Assembly: GCA_963922965.1 (NCBI GenBank)
Contig: CAWUKA010000001.1
Coordinates: 3,990 to 67,989 of the forward strand
Direction of reading: 5' to 3'
DNA: 64,000 bases
Source: an uncultured Gammaproteobacteria bacterium
GTDB taxonomy: Bacteria; Pseudomonadota; Gammaproteobacteria; CAWUKA01
A program made the translations under genes and the position numbers. The notes below the pieces were generated by a model. The model saw only the letters and a list, made by a program, of their open reading frames with translations, did no database searches and was not told where the DNA came from. Each line of letters opens with the position of its first letter. Position 1 is the stretch's first letter. Of the stretch, positions 43,268 to 52,934 are shown piece by piece.

Positions 43268-43927
43268 TACAATTGATGTCTGAATAACACTATTTGTGTT
43301 AAAAAAATCTAGCATTGCATTGTCTGGAATAATTTTTAATTCGCTATACTCGTTGCTGTCACCCTGTTGAAATCGTTGTGCTATAACTTCAGCGTCTAAT
43401 GTTACCGTTAACGAAATCCCTAAGTCATAAACGCCAGTTGTGGTATCTTCGATTAAGACAAAACAGTCTACTGCTGTTGTTTCATCTAGCTTGATATTGA
43501 TTTCTTCCTCTAATTCATCGTATAGCTGTTGTAAAGGATTATCGCAATTACAGGCATCGACACTGCCGGAGGGGGCGCATTCCCAGTAATTTGGCAATTG
43601 GCTAACTACAGCTGAGCGACGCGCCAATAGGTAGCCGCTTTCGCAGTGTAATATGCCACTGACTGCTAGCGGTTGAATTTTCAGTTTAGTTTTTAGTTCG
43701 GGCGAAATTAATGTTGCAAGAAATTCTCGATAAGGTCGAATGCTGATTTCCAGCAACTGCGGTTGCCAGTTGTTTACGCTGACAATGTGATTATCTGTTA
43801 ATGATCTTTTTGCTGATTGCTGTTGCCAAATTTTATCGATCTGTTTTTCTAGTGAGGAATCGATAGTTGCGGTAGACTCTCTCGTAATAATTTTTAGTGG
43901 CTGCTTGAGCCGATAAACATGATTCAT
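43232..43927 (-). CDS. Hypothetical protein, possible divergent Nudix-fold hydrolase
   Basis: 231 aa. The segment YLLARRSAVVSQLPNYWECAPSGSVDACNCDNPLQQLYDELEEEINIKLD resembles the Nudix box GX5EX7REUXEEXGU, but key residues are substituted. Confidence 0.45.
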   Translation of the reverse strand: MNHVYRLKQPLKIITRESTATIDSSLEKQIDKIWQQQSAKRSLTDNHIVSVNNWQPQLLEISIRPYREFLATLISPELKTKLKIQPLAVSGILHCESGYLLARRSAVVSQLPNYWECAPSGSVDACNCDNPLQQLYDELEEEINIKLDETTAVDCFVLIEDTTTGVYDLGISLTVTLDAEVIAQRFQQGDSNEYSELKIIPDNAMLDFFNTNSVIQTSIVLYETLVSEHCI

Positions 43928-44568
43928 GGTGTTAACTCATCAATTAACTCAGCCAGAGAGCTGATCGATTCACAGGGGGTGGCATGTGCTTTTAGTGTAG
44001 TAGAAGGTTGTTTATTTAAGAGGAATGTTTTTATGCCGGCTTGCAATGCAGAACTCGCACCGGTTTCAGTGTCTTCAACCGCAATGCTATCAAGTGCTTG
44101 CACTGATGCTTGTTTTAGTGCAGCGAGATATGGTGCTGGATGTGGTTTACCTTGACTGGATTGTTTAGCGTCAATGATGAAGTCGATATATTCTATCAGA
44201 TTATGTTGCTCTAGCCAGTCTGAAATCAGTGATCTGTGATTTGAGGAGACAATTGCAATGCTATAAAAATTTTTCTTTGCGTGTTGTAGGACTTTCAAAG
44301 TACCGAGTATCGGTTGTACCTCTTGGTAGATCCGATTGACTTGTCTCATATAATTAGCTTTTAGTTCCGACTCGCTGATAGGTAAATCATAGCTTTGTTT
44401 TAGAAAAGCGATCACTTCATCAAGTGGTGGTCCATTTAAGCGAGCAAATTCATCTTCACTACCTTGGTAGCCAAATTCGGCTAAAAATCCATAGTATATT
44501 TCGACTAGTGCTGGGATACTATTTGCAATTGTACCATCGAAATCGAGAAATAAGCCTTGCTTCTTCAT
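43924..44568 (-). CDS. HAD-superfamily hydrolase (phosphatase or beta-phosphoglucomutase-like)
   Basis: Motif I LFLDFDGTIANS. The later SNHRS and (K)...DT motifs are consistent with HAD subfamily IA. Start set at the internal Met to avoid overlap. Confidence 0.75.
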   Translation of the reverse strand: MKKQGLFLDFDGTIANSIPALVEIYYGFLAEFGYQGSEDEFARLNGPPLDEVIAFLKQSYDLPISESELKANYMRQVNRIYQEVQPILGTLKVLQHAKKNFYSIAIVSSNHRSLISDWLEQHNLIEYIDFIIDAKQSSQGKPHPAPYLAALKQASVQALDSIAVEDTETGASSALQAGIKTFLLNKQPSTTLKAHATPCESISSLAELIDELTP

Positions 44569-44572
44569 ACTA

Positions 44573-45259
44573 TTACGCATAAGGATAAGTTCGGGCTCGG
44601 GCAACTTTAGCTGTTGACCAATCATCCCAGTTAATTTTCTGATAGGTTGTGCGCGCGTTGGGGTTTTGCTGGATTGCCGGTGCCACCCTTTGATTGATTA
44701 AAGGGACCATCATGGTCAGTAGCTCTTGCTCAAGTTCAATCATTTCTAAGTACAGCTCAGTTGCCGTCACTTGTCTTGGGTCGAGCTGGCACTTGACTTG
44801 AGCGATGATTGGTCCGGTATCTATGCCCTGATCAAGCCAAGATAATGTGATGCCAGTTTCATGGCAGTCGTTTAGTATGGCATTCACAATCGGTACCCAG
44901 CCGGCGCCTTTTGGTAACAATGATTCATGTAGTCCGATTAGGGGGTATAAATTTAATAAATCTGCATTGAATAACTGCTGCCAGCTGAGGCAATAAATAA
45001 AATCGGGGTTGAGTGATTTTATCTCTTGATAGAAGTCGTTGATGTTGCCATTTACTTCAATAACTGGAACTTTATTCGCAAACTTATATTGGCTTTTATC
45101 AATCAAATCGACACCTTCCCAGCCTGGTGAGCTTGGGCCACGAGTATAGAACATCACAATCTCTTCACCTAATGGTATCGAGCCGATTATCAGGGTAGTC
45201 AAATTGAATACTGTGAGTAAACCCAAGTATTTTGCCGGCTTTGCTGCTTTCCTCAGCAA
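44573..45259 (-). CDS. Formyltransferase-domain protein (Fmt-like N-domain); the 5' end overlaps an LmbE remnant
   Basis: Canonical formyltransferase core LIGLHESLLPKGAGWVPIVNAI...LDQGIDTGPII. The N-terminal ~30 codons of the ORF are the alternate frame of the LmbE fragment. Confidence 0.65.
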   Translation of the reverse strand: MLRKAAKPAKYLGLLTVFNLTTLIIGSIPLGEEIVMFYTRGPSSPGWEGVDLIDKSQYKFANKVPVIEVNGNINDFYQEIKSLNPDFIYCLSWQQLFNADLLNLYPLIGLHESLLPKGAGWVPIVNAILNDCHETGITLSWLDQGIDTGPIIAQVKCQLDPRQVTATELYLEMIELEQELLTMMVPLINQRVAPAIQQNPNARTTYQKINWDDWSTAKVARARTYPYA

Positions 45260-45455
45260 GCATGTCCTGCGCGGGCCTTGCTTTATCAGTTTTTGAACTC
45301 ATGTAGCGCCCTGCTATACCGCGAGTCATGGTCACTAACGATGCTTGCCAGCCTTGTTTGGTTTTTAGTCTAACTGTAGCGCCGCAGCCGAGCACTTCAT
45401 CGTCTGGGTGGGCCGCTACCACCATAAGGTGTTTATTTTTCATCGTTAACTCCAA
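45165..45455 (-). pseudogene. N-terminal fragment of a PIG-L/LmbE-family N-acetylglucosaminyl deacetylase, truncated after ~96 aa
   Basis: HLMVVAAHPDDEVLGCG (the AHPDDE metal-binding motif) and LGFTHSIQFDYPDNRLD are typical of the LmbE N-terminus. The ORF stops at 96 aa, whereas the family is ~220-250 aa. The downstream sequence continues as the formyltransferase in another frame. Confidence 0.55.
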
Positions 45456-45764
45456 CGGGGTGTAAAATTTATTCTAGTTCAGTGTGTCCATGGTCACAAG
45501 TCACCTGCTGAGCATGGATTAACATGATTGATAAAACCATAGTCTTTAGCAGCGCTAACTTGATTGATCAATTCATTTTTGGCCAACACAGATTTGTGTT
45601 GATTAGCAATGTTGGTCCCGATATGCTTAAAAAAGTCAGCAGCTGAGTTGCTTATTTATTGTATTTAAACAGCACAGTAATCGAGATGTTACATTATCTA
45701 TTGTGGCCTTCAAGCAAGGTTAGCAAATCAACCCGCCTAAACTAACTGACAAAACTGGAGAGGC

Positions 45765-46973
45765 ATGACTGAATTTTTACCTTACGCAAAACAATTTATC
45801 GATGATGTTGATATTGACGCTGTAGTTGATGTATTAAAAAGTGATTGGCTCACTTGTGGTCCCACTGTCGATCGGTTCGAAACAGCGTTTGCTGAGTATG
45901 TAGGTAGTCAGCATGCAGTTGCATGTGCGAACGGTACCGCTGCACTGCACTTATTGACCTTAGCCCTTGGTATTGGTCCGGGGAATCAAGTCATTGTACC
46001 AAGTGTCACGTTTGCTGCTACTGCCAATGCTGTGCGTATGGCTGGTGCCGATGTTATTTTTGCTGATGTCGATCCTAATACTGGTCTTATCACAGCAAAT
46101 ACCCTCGCTGCTGCACTGCAGCGCTGCGAGCCTACTCGACTAGTCGCGGCTTATCCGGTTCATCTTGCTGGTCGTTATGTTGATATTGTAGTGCTGCGGG
46201 AATTGCTCGAATCATTTTGTCAACGTGATCCAGTTATCATTGAAGATAGCTGCCATGCGTTAGGGGGTTACCTTGCGGGAAGTCAACAGAAGATCGGTAG
46301 TTGCCAACACAGCACGGCAGCAACTTTTTCATTGCATCCGACAAAGATCATGACGGCAGGCGAGGGTGGCGTGATTACAATGAATGATGAGTCGTTAATG
46401 GCACAGTTAAAGCTGTTAAGAACACACGGCATTAGCCGAAATTCGCAACACTTTGTCAATTCAAGTTTTGCTGTTGCCGACAATGGCGAGCCAAACCCAT
46501 GGTATTATGAACTCCAGCAACTCGGCTTTAATTACCGGATTACCGACTTTCAGTGTGCACTGGCTGAAAGTCAACTTAAAAAGTTGGATGATTTTGTTGC
46601 CAAGCGGCAACAATTAGTGAATCACTACGACCATTGTTTACAACAAGCAGCTATTCCGCAGGTTCGGCCAATGCAGCGGGGTCAAGCGAGCAATAACAGC
46701 TGGCATTTATATGCGATCGAAATTGATTTTGCTGCAGCTGCTAAACCGCGTGCAGAAGTCATGCAGGCATTACGGCAACAAGGGATTGGCAGCCAAGTAC
46801 ATTACATTCCATTACACATACAGCCTTATTATCAGGCGCAATATGGAGAGCTTGAATTACCTGGTGCGTTTACTTATTACCAGCATACTTTATCTTTGCC
46901 ACTTTATTTTGCCATGAACAATTCGGATGTTGAGCAAGTGGTAGAAGTGCTGAGTGCTGTTTTAGCTGCTTGA
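45765..46973 (+). CDS. DegT/DnrJ/EryC1/StrS-family PLP-dependent sugar aminotransferase
   Basis: 402 aa. Its N-terminus and the conserved regions around GTAALHL and CHALGG are typical of nucleotide-sugar 4-aminotransferases of the PseC/ArnB type. The PLP lysine lies in the K-containing segment SLHPTKIMTAGEGG. Confidence 0.8.
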   Translation: MTEFLPYAKQFIDDVDIDAVVDVLKSDWLTCGPTVDRFETAFAEYVGSQHAVACANGTAALHLLTLALGIGPGNQVIVPSVTFAATANAVRMAGADVIFADVDPNTGLITANTLAAALQRCEPTRLVAAYPVHLAGRYVDIVVLRELLESFCQRDPVIIEDSCHALGGYLAGSQQKIGSCQHSTAATFSLHPTKIMTAGEGGVITMNDESLMAQLKLLRTHGISRNSQHFVNSSFAVADNGEPNPWYYELQQLGFNYRITDFQCALAESQLKKLDDFVAKRQQLVNHYDHCLQQAAIPQVRPMQRGQASNNSWHLYAIEIDFAAAAKPRAEVMQALRQQGIGSQVHYIPLHIQPYYQAQYGELELPGAFTYYQHTLSLPLYFAMNNSDVEQVVEVLSAVLAA

Positions 46974-47990
46974 TCAGATGTTGTAGACGTTTGCCTTGTA
47001 TTTCGCAAGATTAGCTGGATTCTTGAACCAATCAATCGTGATAGCCATTGCCTTGGAAAAATTGTCAAGGCCTGAGTATTGTGGTTGCCAATTTAAGCGT
47101 TGCTGCGCCAGACTATTATCAGCAACTAAACGATTCACTTCGCTTTTCTCTGGTCTAATGCGCTGCTCGTCTATGACTACATCAATGTCTTGTTGCATGA
47201 GTTCGGCAATTAAGTTGGCGGTATCACCTATTGAAATTTCGAAACCAGTACCTAGGTTCGTTGTTGTGCCAATACAACTATCGCTTGTCAGTGCGGCATA
47301 AAAACCTTCAGTGATGTCATCAACAAAGTTAAAGTCTCGTGTTGGTGTCAGCGCCCCGAGCTTGATTTGCTGATGTCCTGCTGCAATCTGACTGATAATC
47401 GTTGGAATGATGGCGCGTGCAGATTGACGTGGACCAAAAGTATTAAAGGGTCTGATCACAGCCACCGGCAGATCGTGTGAGCAGTGAAATGCAAGCGCGA
47501 GTTGGTCGGCTGCCACTTTTGATGCGGCGTAAGGGGATTGGGCTGATAGTGGGTGAGTCTCACTGATCGGTACCGTTTGCGCTGTGCCGTATACTTCACT
47601 GGTTGAGGTATGAATCACTTTTTTAAGACTAAGTTCGCGTGCAGCAGTTAACACATTAAGTGTACCGGTGACGTTGGTGTCGATATACGACTGCGCAGCG
47701 TAATAAGAGTAGGGGATAGCAACTAATGCTCCCAAATGGAGTACTGCATCACAGCCTCGCATCGCGTTATAAACAGTTTGGTAATCTCTTAAATCACCAG
47801 AAACAGTTTCGATGTTTGCTGTTTTGTGATGAGGTAATACTTCAGTGTCAAGCCAGCCGATTTGAGCAGACGAGTTGTAAAGATAAAACGCTTTGACATT
47901 GGCACCTTTTGCTAATAATTTTTCAACAAGATGAGAGCCGATAAAACCTTCTGAACCGGTTACGAGTATTGTTTTGTTATGAATTTCCAT
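46974..47990 (-). CDS. NAD-dependent nucleotide-sugar epimerase/dehydratase (extended SDR)
   Basis: 338 aa. Rossmann motif GSEGFIGSHL. Catalytic YAASK (YxxxK). Confidence 0.8.
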   Translation of the reverse strand: MEIHNKTILVTGSEGFIGSHLVEKLLAKGANVKAFYLYNSSAQIGWLDTEVLPHHKTANIETVSGDLRDYQTVYNAMRGCDAVLHLGALVAIPYSYYAAQSYIDTNVTGTLNVLTAARELSLKKVIHTSTSEVYGTAQTVPISETHPLSAQSPYAASKVAADQLALAFHCSHDLPVAVIRPFNTFGPRQSARAIIPTIISQIAAGHQQIKLGALTPTRDFNFVDDITEGFYAALTSDSCIGTTTNLGTGFEISIGDTANLIAELMQQDIDVVIDEQRIRPEKSEVNRLVADNSLAQQRLNWQPQYSGLDNFSKAMAITIDWFKNPANLAKYKANVYNI

Positions 47991-49173
47991 GATTAACCTC
48001 GGTTAGATGGGGGCTGCTTGGTAAATTTATAATTCGTTGTGCTAAATCTTCAGTGCAGGTTAGGTCCATGTGTGGACTGTGCTGATAGATGTTAAGTGTA
48101 TGCAATGGCTGCCAAGCTGGTCGTAACAAAACCTTTGCTGCGTGTGCGCGAGCAAGAATGGCTTCATGTAGATTTTGATCAGCTTGTTTTAATAAAAGTG
48201 CATTGAGCCAATAGTTACTGCGAGCAAAGTCTGCTTCTGCAAAGCAATCAACGTATGAATTGCCAGCAAATGCATTTTGATAGCGTGCCGCTAATGTTCT
48301 TTTCAACTCGACAAAATGTTGCAATGATTGTAACTGAGCAACACCGAGAGCAGCGTTGATGTTAGGTAGACGATAATTATAACCGATTTCATCATGCTGA
48401 TAGTGCCATGGGTGACTGCACTTTGCTGTGGTTGCCAAATGTTTAGCGCGCTTTGCATAGTTGGCATTGTTGGTGACCAATGCTCCGCCACCACCGGTGG
48501 TAATGATTTTATTGCCATTAAAGCTGAACATAGCGATATCAGCATGATTGCCAACGTGTTTATTTTTATAGAAAGAACCGAGTGCTTCGGCGGCGTCTTC
48601 GATCAGGTACAGCTGGTACTCATCGCATAGTGCACGACAACTATCAAGATTTGTTGGGTGGCCAAAAGTATGCATGACACATAGCGCTGAAATTTTGCGT
48701 CCAGTTTGTTCATTGAAGACTGCATTGTCTCTGCGTTGTGCGATTTGGCTAAGATAGTCGGCAAGTTTATCAGTATCAACACCTAAAGAATTTTCGTCGA
48801 TATCAACAAAGTGAGGGTATGCGTCTAGGTAACTAATGGCATTGGCAGTGGCGACAAAGGTTAAACTTGGTACTAGTACTTCATCATTGGCTTTGATATC
48901 AAGCACCCGCAACGCAAGGTGTAACGCTGTTGTCCCATTTACAGTTGCAACAGTATGTTTGATACCAGTAAGCATTGACAATTGCTGTTCGAATTCGGCG
49001 ACATATTTGCCAAGATAGGAAACATAGCCACTATCGAGTGCGCTGATGACGAATTTTTTCTCAGCTTCGCCTATGCAAGGTTCATGCAGTGGCAACGTCG
49101 TATTAGTTTGGCCGGTCACTTGCCGAATAATGCCGATAATCTGATCGGAAATAATTTTATGCTCATCGAGCAT
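47977..49173 (-). CDS. DegT-family aminotransferase (LegC/PseC-like)
   Basis: Conserved DegT regions (VATVNGTTALHLALR; FSFNGNKIITTGGGGAL). Start set at the internal Met (MLDEHKIIS). Confidence 0.8.
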   Translation of the reverse strand: MLDEHKIISDQIIGIIRQVTGQTNTTLPLHEPCIGEAEKKFVISALDSGYVSYLGKYVAEFEQQLSMLTGIKHTVATVNGTTALHLALRVLDIKANDEVLVPSLTFVATANAISYLDAYPHFVDIDENSLGVDTDKLADYLSQIAQRRDNAVFNEQTGRKISALCVMHTFGHPTNLDSCRALCDEYQLYLIEDAAEALGSFYKNKHVGNHADIAMFSFNGNKIITTGGGGALVTNNANYAKRAKHLATTAKCSHPWHYQHDEIGYNYRLPNINAALGVAQLQSLQHFVELKRTLAARYQNAFAGNSYVDCFAEADFARSNYWLNALLLKQADQNLHEAILARAHAAKVLLRPAWQPLHTLNIYQHSPHMDLTCTEDLAQRIINLPSSPHLTEVNHGNS

Positions 49174-49316
49174 GACTGAAGTCTCTTGTTCTTGTTGGTA
49201 GGCAGAATTGCGCAAGTATGGCATAATCAGTTCAGTTTTAACAACAGTATGCCTAGTCGTAAATCAGAATCGAGGGGGGGTGAAGTGGCTAGTATACTGG
49301 CTAAGGAGATAGAGTA

Positions 49317-50396
49317 TTGTCAATAAAAGACTGGGAAAAGTGTTTAGTGCCAATGTCTGCAAGTATTCGTCAAGCGATTGAAGTCATTGATCAAGCCGCG
49401 TTCCAAATCGGTTTAGTCGTTGATGAAGAGCGGGTTTTGCATGGTGTTATTACCGATGGCGATATCCGGCGCGCATTTTTACACAACCATCAGCTTGATG
49501 AGCCGATTACCACCATCACAACCAAAAAACCGTTTTCAATATCGACTGAAGACGCCGCTGCTGTGCCACAAGCTGTGATTAAGCACATGCGTTTTCATTC
49601 CTTGCACCATATTCCAATCATCGATGCACACAATCGTGTTGTTGGGCTTGAATACATTGATAACTTCATTATGCATACCAAGCGCGATAACATCGTTTTT
49701 ATTATGGCAGGTGGCTTGGGGACACGACTAAAGCCGCTAACCGATGACTTGCCAAAGCCATTGTTAACGGTTGGTGGCTATCCGATGCTCGAATTGCTGA
49801 TTCGAAATTTCGCTTCTTATGGCTTTTATCGCTTTGTGATTGCTGTTAATTATAAAGCTGATTTAATTATGCAAACGATTGGTAATGGCGAGCAGTATGG
49901 CGTTGAAGTTGATTATGTTATCGAACAGAAAAAATTAGGCACTGCTGGTGCACTGAGCTTATTAAATGAAAATCCAGCACAGCCTATGATCGTTACTAAC
50001 GCAGATATTCTGACGAATATGGATTTTGCTAAGTTGTTGCAGATGCATGAAGCAAGTTATGCCGATGTCACACTGTGCTCACGACAGTATCAGTATACAG
50101 TACCGTTTGGTGTGTTGCAGGTAGATGGTGCTGATCTAGTCCGTATTGAAGAAAAACCACAGCATACTGCTAGGGTAAATGCAGGCATTTATGTGTTTAA
50201 TCCATCGATTTTGAAACAAGTGCCGCACGCTACTAAAATTGATATGCCAATGTTACTGCAGCAATTGCTCGAAAAAAATTATCATGTTGCAACCTACAGT
50301 ATCGATGAATATTGGCTTGATGTTGGCCGTGTTGAAGAGTTAAAGCGTGCCCAACTTGATTGCGAAAAATTGTTTTGGCATGAGCTTCTAATCTAA
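49317..50396 (+). CDS. CBS-pair plus nucleotidyltransferase (PtmE-like sugar-1-phosphate guanylyl/nucleotidyl-transferase)
   Basis: 359 aa. An N-terminal tandem CBS region is followed by an NTP-transferase domain with the IMAGGLGTRLKPLTDDLPKPLL signature (G-x-G-T-R motif). Confidence 0.75.
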   Translation: MSIKDWEKCLVPMSASIRQAIEVIDQAAFQIGLVVDEERVLHGVITDGDIRRAFLHNHQLDEPITTITTKKPFSISTEDAAAVPQAVIKHMRFHSLHHIPIIDAHNRVVGLEYIDNFIMHTKRDNIVFIMAGGLGTRLKPLTDDLPKPLLTVGGYPMLELLIRNFASYGFYRFVIAVNYKADLIMQTIGNGEQYGVEVDYVIEQKKLGTAGALSLLNENPAQPMIVTNADILTNMDFAKLLQMHEASYADVTLCSRQYQYTVPFGVLQVDGADLVRIEEKPQHTARVNAGIYVFNPSILKQVPHATKIDMPMLLQQLLEKNYHVATYSIDEYWLDVGRVEELKRAQLDCEKLFWHELLI

Positions 50397-50404
50397 CCTC
50401 ACCA

Positions 50405-51172
50405 TTAGATACGCATATTAAAACCTTTCTCAGCGAGAAAATGTTTAGCTCCCAATGGAGTTTGTTCAGTAAATTGAAATATGGCACTAGCACAAACGGC
50501 ATCGATGTGTGGTAGTGTTAACGCATCAAGCATGTGTTGATAATTGCCTGCACCACTGCAGGCAATGATCGGGATTGATACCTCAGCAATCTGCTGGAGT
50601 AAGTCAAGATCATAGCCAGTCATTTTGCCGTCATTATCGATTGATGAGATGATAATTTCGCCGGCGCCTGCACGCTCGAGCTGTTTAATCCAATCACTTA
50701 CTATCAGCTTAGTATCAACTGTGCCGGCATGGCTATAACAGTGATAGTGATCACCGTGCCGTTTTGCGTCAATGCCAGCGACGATACATTGACTACCAAA
50801 CTGGTTGGCAGCTTGTTGAATCAAGTCAATATTGTTATAACAAGCACTGTTGATTACAACTTTGTCGGCACCAGCTTGGAGAAAGTTAGCGATATCCTCA
50901 ACTGAATCAATGCCACCGCCGACAGTGAATGGTACAAAGCACGCTGAAGCAAATTGTTGAATCAGAGTGTAATCAGCCTTACGTTGATTGTTCGTTGCTG
51001 CAATATCGTAAAGCACCAATTCATCGACCTCACGAGCATTAAATACTTTGATAGCTGTCAGTACGCTGCTGACCGTGCGCCAATTATCAAAGCCACTACC
51101 CTTGACCAGATCAACGCCATTCCAAAGTAAGCTTGGTATGATACGGGTTTTAAGCATCAGAGCGCTCGACAA
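50405..51172 (-). CDS. Imidazole glycerol phosphate synthase cyclase-subunit paralogue (HisF-like, WbuZ-type)
   Basis: 255 aa (beta/alpha)8 HisF-like protein. Located inside a glycan cluster next to HisH- and WbpG-like genes rather than in a his operon. Confidence 0.8.
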   Translation of the reverse strand: MSSALMLKTRIIPSLLWNGVDLVKGSGFDNWRTVSSVLTAIKVFNAREVDELVLYDIAATNNQRKADYTLIQQFASACFVPFTVGGGIDSVEDIANFLQAGADKVVINSACYNNIDLIQQAANQFGSQCIVAGIDAKRHGDHYHCYSHAGTVDTKLIVSDWIKQLERAGAGEIIISSIDNDGKMTGYDLDLLQQIAEVSIPIIACSGAGNYQHMLDALTLPHIDAVCASAIFQFTEQTPLGAKHFLAEKGFNMRI

Positions 51173-51785
51173 AGTTCTTTAATAGCTGTAAGCCTGAGGT
51201 TGAGCTTTTTTCTGGATGAAATTGAACACCATAGATATTTTCTCGCTTAATGGCTGTAACCAGCGTGTCGCAGTATGGTGTCGTACCAATCACATGCTGT
51301 TGTTGTTCAGCAATAAAATGATAGCTATGCACAAAGTAAAAATCAGCTTGTGACCGGATATTGGAAAACAATTTCTCGCTATTGTCAAAGCTCAGGTTGT
51401 TCCATCCAACATGTGGTACTTTTTCCTGGTTGGTGGCAACAATTTTTTTCACCTTGCCAGGAATTAATCCGAGTCCAGCAGTTTGTTCTGGTTCGCTGCC
51501 CAAGCTTGCTAAGAGTTGCATGCCAAGACAAATGCCGAGTAACGGAAAGCCTGATTCAACGTGGTCGAGTAGCGCATCCTGCCAACCGGATTGTTGCATG
51601 ATCTGCATGGCTTGCTGAAAAGCGCCAACACCCGGTAGGATAAGATGACTCGCATCATCTACTTGTTCAGGATTATCCATAATCATTGGATTAAATTGTA
51701 GCGTTTTAAGTGCATTATAAACTGAGGTGATATTGCTAATACCTAGATTGATAATGCCGATCTGTTGATTATTCATCATTATCAT
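51150..51785 (-). CDS. Glutamine amidotransferase class I, HisH-like (WbuY-type)
   Basis: 211 aa. Catalytic Cys in GICLGMQLL. C-terminal HPEKS. Confidence 0.82.
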   Translation of the reverse strand: MIMMNNQQIGIINLGISNITSVYNALKTLQFNPMIMDNPEQVDDASHLILPGVGAFQQAMQIMQQSGWQDALLDHVESGFPLLGICLGMQLLASLGSEPEQTAGLGLIPGKVKKIVATNQEKVPHVGWNNLSFDNSEKLFSNIRSQADFYFVHSYHFIAEQQQHVIGTTPYCDTLVTAIKRENIYGVQFHPEKSSTSGLQLLKNFVERSDA

Positions 51786-52923
51786 ATTTGAGTTTGGTTA
51801 GGCTGCCGTTGCTATCTTTAATCAACTCGCCTTTTTTATTGGTTCGAAATAATTTTCTATTGGTAAAGTTATCGCATATCTCAATGAATTGATCGATGCT
51901 TAAATCAAGTGGCGCAATGATGTCTACAAGTGATTTTCCTAAATGCTGCCACGGAAATTCACCATCATGTTTGCGCGCTAACACCATGCCCTGTTGCCTG
52001 GTTAGTCGGCTTCGTCGGATGTGTAAGCAAGCTAAATCTGTGGTGCGAGAAAATCCATATTTAAGAAATTTGAAGTAATCATGAATACCATTTTGGTGAT
52101 TATCTAGATTTTCATAATTGACGATAGAACCTTCAACTACTGTTGAATAGGTGTTAAATCCATGTGCTTGTGCGACTAGGGCGTTATGGTAGCCATCCCA
52201 AGGAAAAAAATGACCGAGGAATAAGCTAGTAATGCCAACCCGTACTAATGTTTCATCATCAGGGTAGGTATAAAGATCAAGATCGCGTTCAGTAATCCCA
52301 CTTTTACCAATGACATCAGTAACACGCATACCATTTAAACCACCAAACTCTTCTAGCCAACGTCGATTCAGCATTTGACTATTGCTTGCTACATCTGGAC
52401 CACCGTATTCGTTTTGTGAATTTTCACCCCAGAGAATAACTGGGATGTTAAACTGGACAGCAATGCGAATTGGAATGGTGAACATCGCAAGATGCTCAGG
52501 CCAAGAAATATCACCAACCTGCTCAAGACCAATGCGGTTCAATTTACGCCGTATCACTGGATCCGGTGCAACTTCAATCAAGTCGATGCCATTTTGTCTG
52601 AGTGCGTCGATATTTTTTCGGCCAAGTTCGGTTAAATCACATGTTCTCGAGGTGACAACTAATGGTCGTAGGCCAAGCTCAAGTGCTTTTAAGGTTTGAT
52701 AGGTACTATCTTTGCCACCGCTAGACGGAATAACACAGTCCCAGGCACTGTTGCTTCGCTTGCAGGTTTGCTCGAGAATAGTCATTAATTCGACTTCGCG
52801 TTGCTGCCAATCAACTTGCTGGCGCTTTTCTATATAGCGGCAAGCACTGCATATGCCTTCTTCATCAAATTGTAAATCTGGCTTAGTATCAGGCATGATG
52901 CAATTTTTGCAATAGCGTTGCAT
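51769..52923 (-). CDS. N-acetyl sugar amidotransferase (WbpG/PseA-like, PP-loop ATP pyrophosphatase family)
   Basis: 384 aa. N-terminal Cys cluster (CKNCIMPDTKP...CSAC). PP-loop SSGGKDST. Confidence 0.8.
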   Translation of the reverse strand: MQRYCKNCIMPDTKPDLQFDEEGICSACRYIEKRQQVDWQQREVELMTILEQTCKRSNSAWDCVIPSSGGKDSTYQTLKALELGLRPLVVTSRTCDLTELGRKNIDALRQNGIDLIEVAPDPVIRRKLNRIGLEQVGDISWPEHLAMFTIPIRIAVQFNIPVILWGENSQNEYGGPDVASNSQMLNRRWLEEFGGLNGMRVTDVIGKSGITERDLDLYTYPDDETLVRVGITSLFLGHFFPWDGYHNALVAQAHGFNTYSTVVEGSIVNYENLDNHQNGIHDYFKFLKYGFSRTTDLACLHIRRSRLTRQQGMVLARKHDGEFPWQHLGKSLVDIIAPLDLSIDQFIEICDNFTNRKLFRTNKKGELIKDSNGSLTKLKYDNDE

Positions 52924-52934
52924 ATTAACTCCTT

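Noticed and set aside
44573-45259. Treating the 228-aa ORF as a clean full-length formyltransferase gene.
   Set aside because: Its first ~30 codons are the out-of-frame shadow of the LmbE fragment. The real formyltransferase domain begins near the internal Met (MFYTRGP...), so the 5' boundary is uncertain and the locus may be a fusion or pseudogene.
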